A stretch of 62,456 nt of DNA, counting the filler, from Porpidia crustulata (lineage: Eukaryota): the NCBI GenBank assembly GCA_964255105.1. It is 8 parts of 8 records of this genome, joined end to end, with 100 filler letters (N's around TTAATTAATTAA, not from the genome) between each part and the next. Parts side by side here need not be neighbours in the genome. Positions count along the whole stretch, not along the records: positions 1 to 7,731 come from CAXUWE010001247.1; positions 7,832 to 15,561 come from CAXUWE010001248.1; 6 more parts are not named here. One strand, written 5' to 3'. Position numbers and translations under genes: made by a program. Numbering within the stretch: position 1 is the first letter of the stretch; each line of letters opens with the position of its first letter. Positions 1-12,032 of the stretch are shown one piece after another. Under the pieces are notes generated by a model that saw nothing but the letters and a program-made list of their open reading frames with translations, had not been told where the DNA came from and ran no database searches.

Positions 1-2029
1 ATTGAATCTCGCGCGTGCTTTTATCAAAATACGCTTGACGCTTGACGTTAGCGAAGCCTCTACGTCGTGTTTGAACGGGATGGTATATCAGACCGGCTGT
101 CATTGTGCTTGACATGCGAGCTTATACGGTTGCATTGAATGTTTTACGTAGGGGGTTGGCCACCGACGGTCGATGCGGCTCCCCAGCTGGATGGAGTACA
201 CTCGACGGCATATATGCTTCTATTCATTTTTGCAGTTTTCGAGAGGTTTCCTTGTGACCGTGATCTTCGTTGTGGAGGGGAGCCTATGCGATTCGGCGTT
301 CTAGGATCGTGGGTTATGGAAGATATTGCAATTACGATTCCTACGGCTCGATTTTCTGTGTTTGGTGGATTCGCGGTAATGACTTCTTTGCTGTGGAGAT
401 GTGAGAGTTAGGAATGAGATTTTGGAGGGTTTTTGAAATGGGATTGAGGGTTTTGTATGCTGTTGGTATGTGATGTGGTGGTTCTAAACCTTGTGAATAT
501 ATATGCAATCGCTCGAAGTCCAAGAGTGTTCTCGAGCGAGATAAATGGGAATGTCCTGCGATTCTTACTTCAATATTGTAACAATCTCGTCATTTTTTTT
601 GCAATGATCATTAATCTGATCTCAGCGTTTCAAGTCCAAGGATCATGAGAACAAGCGTATAAGGCAGGGGTCCTAAGAAGGATCCGGAAATTGTAAAGAC
701 TTAGTGATCTTGGATCATGCCAGGGTATCTAATGAAAGACCTAGATCTTGTTATTGTGATGACAATTTCTTGATCGATTTGAAACGTCGATGTAACTGTA
801 GCTTAATCGTGCGGGGTTTCTTGGTTTGAATATAGACGTCTTTCGCGGCGACTGCATTTGATGTTAGAGGGACACGGTGGACTGACGTTTGATTGAGGTG
901 TAGCGATTCTGTAAATGTGTCTAAATTAAGTCTTACATGAGTTTTGCAAGCGTTGCTACGCGCTAGAAGATACGAAGTAACCCTCGGATACAAAACCATG
1001 CAAAGTAGAGGGGTGTTACTGTTTTGTATTAAATGCGTACTTTCGATCTCAAAAAAGTGTATTTCATATATAAGTACAGATCTTTCATGATTCCCGAACT
1101 GTTCGATTCATCCCCAAGCAGAATTGAAAGAAATAAATGCATCTGAACAGCTTGCATCTCTGCGTAGGTGATAATGTAACAATTGAATAATGTTATCCGA
1201 TCCGAGTTAGGAAATCTTGAACAATTGATGATAAATGTTCCCGCTCACCTGCGCGCACATATGAGTCATGGACCATTTTTGCTGGAAACGCCTTTATCTA
1301 ATTCAATGATAATAGGCTTCTAGCTTCGCTGCATGACTGCAATGCGTCTTTTCGAATTCGTTGCTAAAGTGAATCTTTAAGCACGCGTTCTTTGATTTCT
1401 AAACAATCTAACTACATGTGGACAAAGATATTAGCAATTATCTTCAGCAAGCGTCTTCAGCAGCATTACCGCGCTCATGTTAGGGGCCTCCTAACTACCT
1501 AGCTATGGGGGTAAATCAACGAAGAAATAAATGCTAAGGAAGAAAGGAAATCCGGATGCAGAGCGGTATTTGGGGTGATGGGAAATTAGCAATGCTAGAG
1601 CGACGCTAGGCCTCATTAGGCTCGGCACCACCTTGATCCGGTGGGCTGCTGGGGATGTTGGGGAAGGTCTGATCGTAACAGCTCATTCTTGACACAGTGC
1701 GCTGCATTCAATAATCTTTGTTGTGTCACTCTTTACCTTATTAATAATATTGTTTACAAGGAAAATAAGGTACTTGCCCGACATGTTTGCGGAAGGTTGT
1801 TGTTAAAGATGCTTGCTAGCGGATGAAGTGGGATAGAGATCAGAGAGAAAAATGATAATTTACATTATGATCTGACTGAACATGTAAAATAAAGATGAGA
1901 CTAAGTTCTAAAACGTGATCGATTAATGAGCAATTTTGCAAAGCTTTGAACTGAATCTATCAAGGAATGTTGCGCTGCTTATAAGAAGTTTTGTAAACAA
2001 TCTGTAGAGATGACTCGCGAGATTGAGAG

Positions 2030-3747
2030 TCAGACAGTCTCGACATTAGCGTTCTTCATGAAACCTCTCCGTGCTTGAAATGCTGAGCTCTGATGAGGTA
2101 GATGACTGCTTTGCAATATGGTGTCTCTGTAGATTGCTGAAGCGGTAAAATAATCCCGACTTTCCTCGCTCGACAATAAGAGCCCCTGCCACGCTAGGAT
2201 GCTCGAGTATAACACATTCCATTGGTACCGGATTTAACTTCTCGCCGTTGGAAAGCATGATGATGTCGTCTGCACGGCCATAGAACCCCCCAAAAGGTAG
2301 ACTTTGTCGAATAGGATATGAAAAGATCTCGAGTCCGAAATTCATTGAAATTTGGAAAGGTGTTGTCTAACGTTCGATGAGTCCTGCCGTGAGGCTGCTG
2401 ATGAAGAAAATTTACATATTTTTCATCGACCGACGGCTGCGTATCGGCTCCAAAATATTTCTAGAGCTCTATATATGACTAGTCTTCTCGTGAAAGCGCC
2501 AACGAGCTTCCCTGGCCGAGTTCTGTTGCGCCGTAGAAAGGGCAAGCATCAATGACCCGACTTAAACGGTCACCAGTGTGAGAGGCCAGAGGTCCACCGG
2601 CAAAGGCGAGGAAATCTAGACCCCTTGACAGCTAAAGCTCATCGAGTTCTTGAAAGATTTGCTCAACCACAGCTGACGAAAGGAATACAGTTCTAATTTT
2701 AAGTTTCGCATGATTTGACAAGCCATCACCCCACTCGATATGGGTAAAGGGGGTCCGAAGGCAACGGTGGCGCTGGTAGAAAATATCCCAACGAAAAGTA
2801 TGGCGTAAACGCCAGCGAACTGTAAAGACTCAATCAGGCCATCGCTTCTTGACAGGTCATGCATACGTACGTGTGATGGGGGAGCATGTGTAGAGCCTTC
2901 CTCCATTCTCGAAGTTGTAGAGCGAGCTGCCAATATTCCAACGACCCTTGACCGTTGGCATACTCCGATCGGCATCTATAGCGGCAAAAGTGCCATGCGT
3001 AAAGGTTATGGGTTTCGGAGGCCCTGAGATACACTTTGAGCTACGTATAAGCTTGTTGCCAAGACACTAATACATACCAGTTGACCCAGATGAGTGAGGA
3101 ATCAAGATCGGTTCAGATTGAGCCTGTGCAATCACTTCGTCGAGCGGAATGTACCTCACGTTGGTCTGGTTCTCCAATTTGGTCTCTAGTGAATCTACTT
3201 CCATGCACTCGACGTCGGCTTTTTGAGTAGCCAATACTTTGACATACTCAGCTAGCTCCTCTGACGCAAGAATATTTGTGCATATTGTTTGCTCCAATAA
3301 AGATAGACTGGTAGAAGCAGTGTTCATCGTCAATGCCGTAAGAACCTCATCACAGCATTCAGGTTTGGCGATAGAGGTGGGAGATACTTTATTTTATTTT
3401 ATGTACCATGTAGCCACATTTAACGGCAGCGAGAACACGAAGGTATATTGGCTCTCTGGAACTCCCGAGTAGGCCAAAGTCTCAAAGCTCTTGCTACAGC
3501 CGATAGAAGCATCGAGCCGCCAGGCAAAGCAATTGATTGCTCGAGATAATTCGAGGAAAGTAACATCTTGAAAGACTGAACATTCCGAGGATAATGCAAT
3601 CGCTGCGTATACTCATTCAGAGACTGTTTGAGTTAATTCATCCACAATATGAGGCTGCAGGCTTCTGCCAAAGGATGGCGAGCCGCTATCTCAAATTCCA
3701 GGTCTGACTTCTTTCCCAGAAAATCTGGTTCTGACTGTATTGGGCAT
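2030..3747 (-). pseudogene. Degraded NRPS-like (carboxylic-acid-reductase type) adenylation-domain gene
   Basis: Translation from ATG 3747 gives FGRSLQPHIVDE...*VYAAIALSS...FQDVTFLELSRAINCFAWRLDASIG...FETLAY, a typical N-terminus of fungal A-T-R NRPS-like enzymes. It also has the A3 loop PILIPHSSGSTG (~3080) and the A8-A9 segment YGRADDIIMLSNGEKLNPVPME...HPSVAGALIV (~2180-2285). There are two in-frame TGA stops in the first 45 codons and the rest is broken across frames. No T or R domain is recognisable downstream. Confidence 0.85.
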
Positions 3748-5410
3748 CCTGGGTGAATATGATAGCAGTTCTATGTGTTCAGAAATTGTATATGGCGATC
3801 TTCGTCAGGTTCAGCTTCAGTTTACATGAGGCATCATTGACGCCTATGACAACCCACACATATTTCCAGGAGTTGCCATGTCTTAGCTGCACCGTTAGTA
3901 GATAAAGTATTATTGGCCGAGACAATTGCCGGTAACACATGTATTCGCAAGGGTATGAGACCCGTGCCTCAACCTTACCCTAAGCGGTGGTTGGTTGTCT
4001 GCATACAGCCGGCACGGCGCACATACCTCATTCTCCGTCTGACCCTGGTTCGATTAGTCTCGATCCACATCAACTCATGATATCATGTGATGGAGATCTA
4101 CTCTTTCAACCCCTGAGAACACATCTCCGTTCAGTATCTTCTGTGATATGTATTAGTTGAAAATCGTACAATCAGAATATCCATGGCCATGGAGCAAATG
4201 CTGGATGTCGATATGGACTATGCATCTCTTTACGATATTTTTGGTTCACCGGTTCTGGGCGTAAAAGCAATGTGGAAAGAAGTCTGTTGCCGAGCTAAAC
4301 ATAATCGGGCATATAAGGCTGAATGGAACATGGGTCATCTGTGGGATCGGCTAACGATTTATTCGCCCTAAGACAGTATGGCCTGATTGATTTGGTGTAT
4401 TCAATTCAAAGCAAGGAGATGGAGGGACACGCTACAAGTTGGGGCTGTAGAAGAAGCGATACCCCTTGACGTTTTCTTTGACACCATCAGTAGAGTTAGC
4501 GTAATCAGCCATGCATGAGACGGCAGATAATGCAGGAGACGGAGCATTATCCACATTCCTCTTCGGCGGAAGGTATCAAGTGGTGTCGTCGAGGTCCAAT
4601 TAGACTTGCGCTTGGGGTAACACACGCCTTAGAGGATCATGATCCCGCGTACTACTCACAACGACTAAAGGCGATTGGTTAAAATAGTCGCGAATAGCTC
4701 GCATCACCCGCACTCAGTTCGTGTTGTTGATCCCGTCTCTTGCGGTGTTGCTGGATGACTGAGCGCGCAATCATGCATCGCTTCCATTTGGGAATAGAAA
4801 ATCATCTGTACTCAAGCTTCTCTTAAAAAAAATTGATTGGATCAGGAGTTGAGGTCTGCCTTGTCGTCGCCAGAATTCAGGTGTTCAGGGCTTAGAGTTC
4901 ATTTGGGGGAATTTATTAAGTGAGATATGCAACCACTCTATGGGCACGAGTGCCGCAACCAGGATCCAATCAATTGCTCCAATCAAGTAGACGGTATCTA
5001 AGATTCTTGATGTTGCGGATACTACTCGATTTCTGCCCGAATCCCAAAGTTCTTAGGATCACCGGTAATCCTGATTCGGGGCCTTAACTCTACTAGCTCA
5101 GTTCCTGTTGGCTATCAAAGCCGGGATTCGTTGGTGCTGCAAACTGCATCATCGTGGCGTTGCGACCACATTGACAAACATGCAAACACATGTATCCAAA
5201 TGTAAAAGGACAGGTGCAATCCTATTCTATCGACTTTGGTCCTCTTTTGTCTCCTCACGCTTTCTGTCGAGTTGAAATCGACTTTGATATTGCAAAAATT
5301 CCCCTTATCTCAAGCCGCAACGAAAAGAGAGCAGGAGCCATCGGCTTTGCTTGTTCCAACCGAGACAACAAAGTCTTCTGCTGTTCGAGCGACTCTACTT
5401 GTCCGATCTG

Positions 5411-6860
5411 ATGGGGGGTATACCTCCTTCAGGAGACTCTCGCGGCATCTCACAGATGGCCGTCTCCACAGTCTTCCTCCTACTTGCGACACTTGCAGTC
5501 ATTGCGAGAATATGGGCCAGAAGGATAAAGTCATGCGAGCTTTCCATCAATGACTACGCAACATTCGTTGCTCTGGTATTTACCTGATTTGTCTTCTGAA
5601 TGTGCCTAGCTGATATTTTCATAGGTCTCATTGTATGGAATGTATGGAGTGCTCACAGCTAGTAAGTAAAGTATTTATCAATGTAATAAAATCGTAACTG
5701 AGTATCGCAGTGGTGGTTGCTGCAGGACAGGGTCAGCACCAAGCCAACGTTTCTAGGCCAGATGTGCGGTTGCTGCTTCAGGTAAGAACTTAGGATATAC
5801 TCTCTTGCTAGGATTGAATGGCTGAAAATCCCAGCTACTCATCGCGGTGGAGGTCACATGGGCTCTCTGTTGCTCAGCAGTCAAGATATCCATCTTGCAC
5901 CTCTACACAGGAATCTTTCATACAAAGATGTTTCGTCAAGCTTGCTATGGATTAATGGTTCTCACAGGTATCTTCGCGTCAATCGTCATCCTGATCGCTT
6001 TATTACTTTGCCGTCCACTTTCACATTTTTGGGATCGTGCAGCAGCCGGTACCTGTGGATATCAAGCGGTGGCTTTCTTAAGCTCGGGCGTGCTGAATTT
6101 GATTATCGATTTGATGGTTATTATACTGCCTATGCGGAATCTATGGCGCCTTCAACTGACATTATCGCGAAAAATCTCGGTCATGATTATCTTTGGGATT
6201 GGAGCTGCGTAAGCAACCCTATTTTCTCCAGAACTTCTCAGGCCCGAATTTTTTCCTCCTTGTTAGCATATGTTTATCCCTGAAACCAAAATAGGTTAGC
6301 TGACTTGGGCTGCTAGTATCTGCATTGTTTCGGCTGCACGCCTGCCCTTTTTGTGGAACATCAAAGAGAACGACGTTACATGGAGCAATGAACCGTCTGG
6401 CTTATTTACGTTTCTAGAACCAGCCCTCAGCGTCGTTAACACCTGCCTTCCAGTACTGCAGCCTGTTGTGGACAAAATCTTCAGATTACTGGGAATCAGA
6501 AGGAGTAACCATGGTACCAACTTGTGGAATAAGAGCTCAAGTAGGGGTAAATCTAATGCTAGCGAGGGCAGAAGTTTTAAGAGGCTCGACGACCAAGCTT
6601 ATCCCCTCACGAGGCATACCGGAAACTGTAGCATCATCACTAGCCCGAACACCAAAGAGATCCCAGACCCATACAAGCTGGAAGAGCCGGAGTCCATCTA
6701 TCCCCAGGATCCACGCTCAACGGGGATCAAGGTCAAGAACGAGTGGGAGATCAAACCCACTACCGGCGCATCCTCCAAATCGTTATTTGGAAATGTCTCG
6801 AAGGATTGGGAAAATGATCCGAGTGCCGGTATGCCATTGCCGTTACCTCATGGTCTATGA
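5411..6860 (+). CDS. PTH11-like integral membrane receptor (fungal rhodopsin-like domain, no CFEM)
   Basis: Five exons (5411-5575, 5625-5661, 5711-5781, 5835-6208, 6317-6860) with GT-AG introns splice into an open frame. Motifs: AVIARIWARRIK..LSINDY, GQGQHQ, AVKISILHLYTGIF, LLCRPLSHFWD, NLIIDLMVIILPMRNLWRLQL..RKISVMIIFGIG, LEPALSVVNTCLP. Confidence 0.9.
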
Positions 6861-7563
6861 CCGTGGCAGACGTACTTTACAAGAATAAATGGTTTACCCA
6901 CAGCTCGAAGAGATGGACGTACCGACAAACGGTTCGGGCAAAGTGGTTCGGGCAAAGGAATGTGGGTCTTTCTCCCTTTGGCGGCATTTGGGTCTGTATC
7001 ACACTCTTTCAAGTCTTGATATCTAGAACACAGGTACGACCAAGAAAAGGCGGAAGAATGTCTTTAATCTTCAATCAAGTCATGCTTCGAGACTCTTCTC
7101 AGACGTCACTGCCTTCGCTTTAATTTGCAAGATCCAAAATCACCCGAAGGCTGTAGTCTTGTGATAGGGCAACGGCAGATCACATTTAAAGCACGCGCGC
7201 TTCAATTTACAGACTAAAGTATCTATCTAGAGTGCATCCGAATTTATCCTACTATCGTAAACCCTAAATCTTCAATTTCGATAACCACCTAGATAACATC
7301 CTAAACAGTTAAAGCGGTACTTGTTGCTTTAACGATGATGTGCTAAAGTAACGGAAATGGGGTTAAGTAAGAGAATTCCGTTAACATTAAACAAGTGTAG
7401 TTGTAAAAAATCGAAAATTTACAGATAGATCTCAGATGAGACATCGAAACTAGATTAAATGATTTCGATATATTGTTTTCAAGAATGTAATTAATCATAT
7501 AAACTTATTGTCTCGTTTGTATTACTGTTTAAGTAATTATATTTCATAGAAAAAGATATTGAA

Positions 7564-7731
7564 TGCTACGACCACCCCCAGGGGTATTGGTTTACCCGGG
7601 TGAGGAAGCTAGGTGGGGTGGGCGCAATCCACATGAGGGGCGCAATACCCAACTGCACCACCTAAAAGGCGAAATACCAAGTTGGAAGACTTGGTCCAAT
7701 ACTACTAGATATGGTGGGTATGGCCGTAACA
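7564..7731. mobile_element. Candidate solo LTR or short terminal-inverted-repeat element (168 bp)
   Basis: Starts TGCTACGACCA and ends TGGCCGTAACA (reverse complement TGTTACGGCCA, 9/11 match), giving TG...CA termini. It is GC-richer than the AT-rich DNA to its left and ends exactly at the contig end, so a target-site duplication cannot be checked. Confidence 0.45.
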
Positions 7732-7831
7732 NNNNNNNNNNNNNNNNNNNNNNNNNNNNNNNNNNNNNNNNNNNNTTAATTAATTAANNNNNNNNNNNNN
7801 NNNNNNNNNNNNNNNNNNNNNNNNNNNNNNN
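7732..7831. other. Artificial contig linker
   Basis: N44-TTAATTAATTAA-N44, which places stop codons in all six frames. Confidence 0.99.
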
Positions 7832-8584
7832 GCTGTAGCCCTAACCCTAGGTAGGGCGGACCGTTTGGGCGTGGGAACGAGTACTGTATTAGTATTCTAG
7901 AATATTTTACTTCTTGTCTAACGAATTCAGATCGGTATGGAAATCAAGGTGTCGCGGTCGACTAGTTCATAAAGTCTGTTGCCTCATCTGGCTCATCAAC
8001 AGAAGATTTGTATTTGCCATTACGTACAGATGGACCTTCAGTCAGTCTTGCGAATGGGTTTTAATCGGCCAGCTAGGTATGTTTGTACACAAGCATGTTG
8101 TATCGCTTCAGCACAAAGTACGTACTAATAGGTAACTTCGCGTTCCCACGATAACTGCACTCTTTCGTGTTCTGCGTCAAGCGATTCATGCACAGTGAAG
8201 TGAAATCCTCAGATGTATGCCTTCATATCCTATCTTCCTTACAATCTCTTCCGCCAATATTGCCATACTTGTTACCGGACCCCGATGAAGCTCCTACGAG
8301 ACGAGGTGGTGCAACTGACCACAATCGCTACACGCATATCCATGAGCTCGGCCGAAGAGGCGGAAAAGTAGGCCTAGCTATCTGTGGTTATGTGTGAATA
8401 CTGCGTCTCAAGAGACGTAAGACTAGTTCCTGACACGAGTCACCAAGATAAGTCTTCTGAATTAGCAGCCCTACCCAGATCTAGGGGTGTTCATAGGAAG
8501 TCTCAACAGATGCTTTTCGCCCTAAACATATTCGAACGTGTGATGAGACTCTACGCCTGAGCGTTCCATTATAGGTTGGCAAGT

Positions 8585-11500
8585 CTATACTAGTTTATAG
8601 GTAAATGAAGGTTGCACCATGAGTTCCCACATTCCCCGAACCATTCCTGTGGTTTCCAGGACTTCCTCGGATTCTCCTGAGTCTGTGTTGTAAGATTCTA
8701 TGGGCTGTGAGATAGATTGTACCACCCAAGAAACACACATGCTCTGGGTCTCAGGGCGAGGTATCGTCTCCATATGTTGTTGGAACGGTGTCAGAACCAA
8801 TACACGTCCCGAAGCATCGCCATCGATGTCAAAAATCCCACGCTTTTGCCGAAGCGATGAGTCTGACTTTCTGCCGTCCATATGCTTCAGCGCCGCTGTG
8901 AATGCTACGATACTCTCCGGCGTGATAAGTCCATTAAAATCGTCCACGTCATCATTGTCCACTGTGGGGGTTTTCATCTTGGCCCACTCGGCCAATTTGA
9001 GGAAGGAGGAAAAGATAAGCTGATTGTGGATAAGGCCCTTGTCACTCCACTGTGCTATACGACGATCAGGTTTGCGGGGATATCCACGCGCCATGGTCCG
9101 CTTTGGCCGAGAATGAGATCTATCTGTGACTAGAGGTCCCTCAGCAGATTCAGGGGTCGGCCGCTGGTCAAAAGGTTTCATAGTATCATCAATTATAGAG
9201 GCCATCGGATCCGCAACCATACCTGTTTCCTTCTTAGACGGTAATGCAGCCTCTTGAATCCTCGCGTGAGAAGTTTGTTGCTGCTGTACATCTTGAAGAG
9301 TAGAACTTACGGGTTCTTCGGCTGATGCATAGCTGTGCTCACGGCTTCCAGGCTGTTCTGGATATGTCAAGCGCCACTCGGTGTATTCTTGGTCGGAGGA
9401 AGATTTCACAAGTCTGCCGAGCCAAAATCCGCCTTGGAGCATGATTCTATCGATCAACCACTTGTGGTGGTAGGTCCCGTCTGAGCTTTGTTCCAGCTGA
9501 AACATCCCTTGGCGGTTCTCTACTCTCAGCTGCTTTGAAAATTCAACTACTGTCTCAGGAAACGACCTCCCTGGTTCCCCTGTGTATCCGTCCCAGTGGG
9601 CATCCCAAACAGAGTGCCAGATGGCATCGGCGGCAGCTGATTGGCCTCCGGCACGAAGTAGGATAAGAACATCGAAAAGAATGTGCGTGATTGCAAGCCG
9701 GTGATTGCGAGATACATCTTGCTCCAAATGGCGCTTCTGTCTGTCCTCCATTGCCTCCACGGACCGTTCCTCACCCTTGGCTCTCGAATACCACAATCTG
9801 GACCAAGATTCTCTGTACTTGTCTTTACAGAGGCTAGGCTGACAAAGCGATCAATCTTCCATAAGAGGCCTGAGAGTGAGAGTCCTTGGTTTGTGAGTCT
9901 GTAAGGATTGGAAGTATCCCGACCCACCGTTGGTCCTCTAGGATTGGTACTACTCGCTTCGATATTCATGAATTGCTTCACATCAGATGGAGCCCATGTG
10001 AATTCTTGGGTGTCTGGACCGTCGGCTATTTGCTGTTGTCAGACCATACGTGCCCTTAGCCCATAGTTGATCAAACTTACTGATATGCGATTTGCGAGGG
10101 ACATTATAAATTTTGAGGGACAGCAGAGAAAAGTCTTCATTTACAATAGCTATTGTAAAGATGCAGACGCCGAGGCGACTCTGAGACTCTTCTAATTTGA
10201 ATGTGTTTAGGCGTATAGTGTAATTGCATAGGTTTGCAATTATAGCAAGCCTATCGGCTACTCGATCGTTGTTTCGGCGTTTCAAGAAACACAAAGGCAT
10301 GGCGGCATTGCATGTACGTCTAGGTTTGAGGTCGTCTATCCAGAAGTTGAAGAAGTACGAAGGCTTATCATTAGGCTGAAATCATCGGAGCTGGTCCAAG
10401 GTCTCTGCCTACCTTGAAAGCTCGACGGAGCTGGAGGCTCGAGATTTTGAAGTAACGAAGGTACTGGACCGCTCAAGACAATTCTGTAAAATATCAAGCT
10501 GAATACTGATCTCTGTGAGGGACATATCATGACAGATCAGACTCCAGCATTTGACGTTTACATCTTTTGCTCGGGGGAAAAGCAGGACCATGTATCCGCC
10601 TGACACAAAAGCTTCTTGAAAGACCCACGAGCGCGTGTTCCATTTGTCCTCTGCTACGATGCTCAAAGCTTCAGCCAGTATGTCTAATCGGAGATTTTGG
10701 CACTGTCTTCGTGGGCGCGGACCACGACGCTTTAACTTCGACCCAACGTCCCATTCCAAGAACAATAGTAGGGCGTCTAGATGGCGTTGCTGCAATACTG
10801 CTTGGAACAACCCAATGGAAATATGCGCTCTAATGAAGACATGGTCCATCGCTTGGATGCCAAGCTCTTTCTCGTCCTCGTTGTCCCGCTCGATGCATTC
10901 CTTGGATTCGTGTTAGGCGGTGAATATTAACCTGGCGGATCGGTGGGAAATGCTTTACCTGGTCGATCCAAATCATTCGAATTCCATTTTCTGTGGCAAA
11001 CCTGACTGCCCGATCAATTGTATCTCTTGGAGCTCGTGTTAGCCGAATCGTTGTTCCATCTCCCTCAAGGACTTGATATTGTTCGTCATCCGCCTTACTC
11101 TCGGCTGGCTTTCGAGTGCTTTGGCTGGACCAACAATAAGAGACAGCAACAAAGTGGGTACAAGTCGAGAGCTCAGACGGCTTTGTATCTTTGGGCTTAA
11201 GTCTTCTGATTCGAAATCTGGTTATCTGGCCATTATTTGGAAAAAGAGGCATATGCAGACAATCTTTACAAGAAGCGTTCTCAACATGCGTACAAGGATT
11301 AGCATACTCCCTGAGCTGCTTTTCGCTTGCTTTGATGTCGGATTTTGGGATCAGAGCGTGGTCAGCGCATATGTGTCCTGCTGGTGGTGGAACCCGCCGT
11401 TCGCATCGAGTACACTGTCCTTGCCGCAGTCCTTTCGTTACGGCAAAGTCCGATGACTTCTCGACTTCGGCATCAATCTCGTCATTGGCAAAAGTAAGAA

Positions 11501-11627
11501 ACCTTAGATTCCTTGCCCATCTAGCAGCCGACTTTCGAAGAATCCGATGCTCGAGAATTGCATTGAGCTTCGAAGAAAATTCAAAATGGCCGGAATCGGT
11601 ATCATCTCCTTGAGTATCATCTCTCAT
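8585..11627 (-). pseudogene. HET-domain (heterokaryon incompatibility) gene, disrupted
   Basis: HET blocks are present: FVAVSYCW; MIWIDQ|ECIERDNEDEKELGIQAMDHVF (spliced across an intron at ~10903-10959); DKWNTRSWVFQEA; and downstream RNNDRVADRLAIIANLCNY. There is an in-frame TAG (10409-10411), an in-frame TGA (10382-10384) and a frame change at ~9824 (ASVK to KYRESWSRLW). Confidence 0.85.
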
Positions 11628-12032
11628 TGTAGTGCTGGAGAGCAATGAGAATATATGAAAAGACTCTAGCAAAACTTCACGCTGAATGAAAGGGGAATGA
11701 AACAATAGAATTCGGATCGCCTCCAGTACTATCAGCAGATTTACAAGTCCCAGTTCGATCTATACGGTCGCATAGTCTTTAGGCGACACATTGACTGGCA
11801 CAACTCAATTTCAGCAAGGATAAGTAAATTGTTCCAACACATGGAACGAACGCAAAGAAGTCAAAGTAATTTCGATCGAGTTTATTTGCTGTGATATCGG
11901 ATTGCAAGAGTTTGAACAACGGCAACAGTAGTAAGTGTTTAGATAGCTGGAATTTGGACTCTTGAGCAAAGTATCAGATGGTGTGTAATTGTGAGCTCAA
12001 AGCAGCTGCACTATAGGCTGACGATTCAAAAG

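Noticed and set aside
1085..1120. GTTCGATTC T-loop-like motif as a tRNA
   Set aside because: No pairing T-stem, acceptor stem or A-box could be found.
6931..6958. 14-bp tandem duplication GGTTCGGGCAAAG(T/G)
   Set aside because: Two copies only in a 3' flank; ordinary slippage.
7776..7787. Recurring TTAATTAATTAA every ~7.8 kb as a biological repeat or CRISPR-like array
   Set aside because: It is a synthetic six-frame-stop linker embedded in N runs.
7839..7849. CCCTAACCCTA as a telomere
   Set aside because: Fewer than two full units and not an array.
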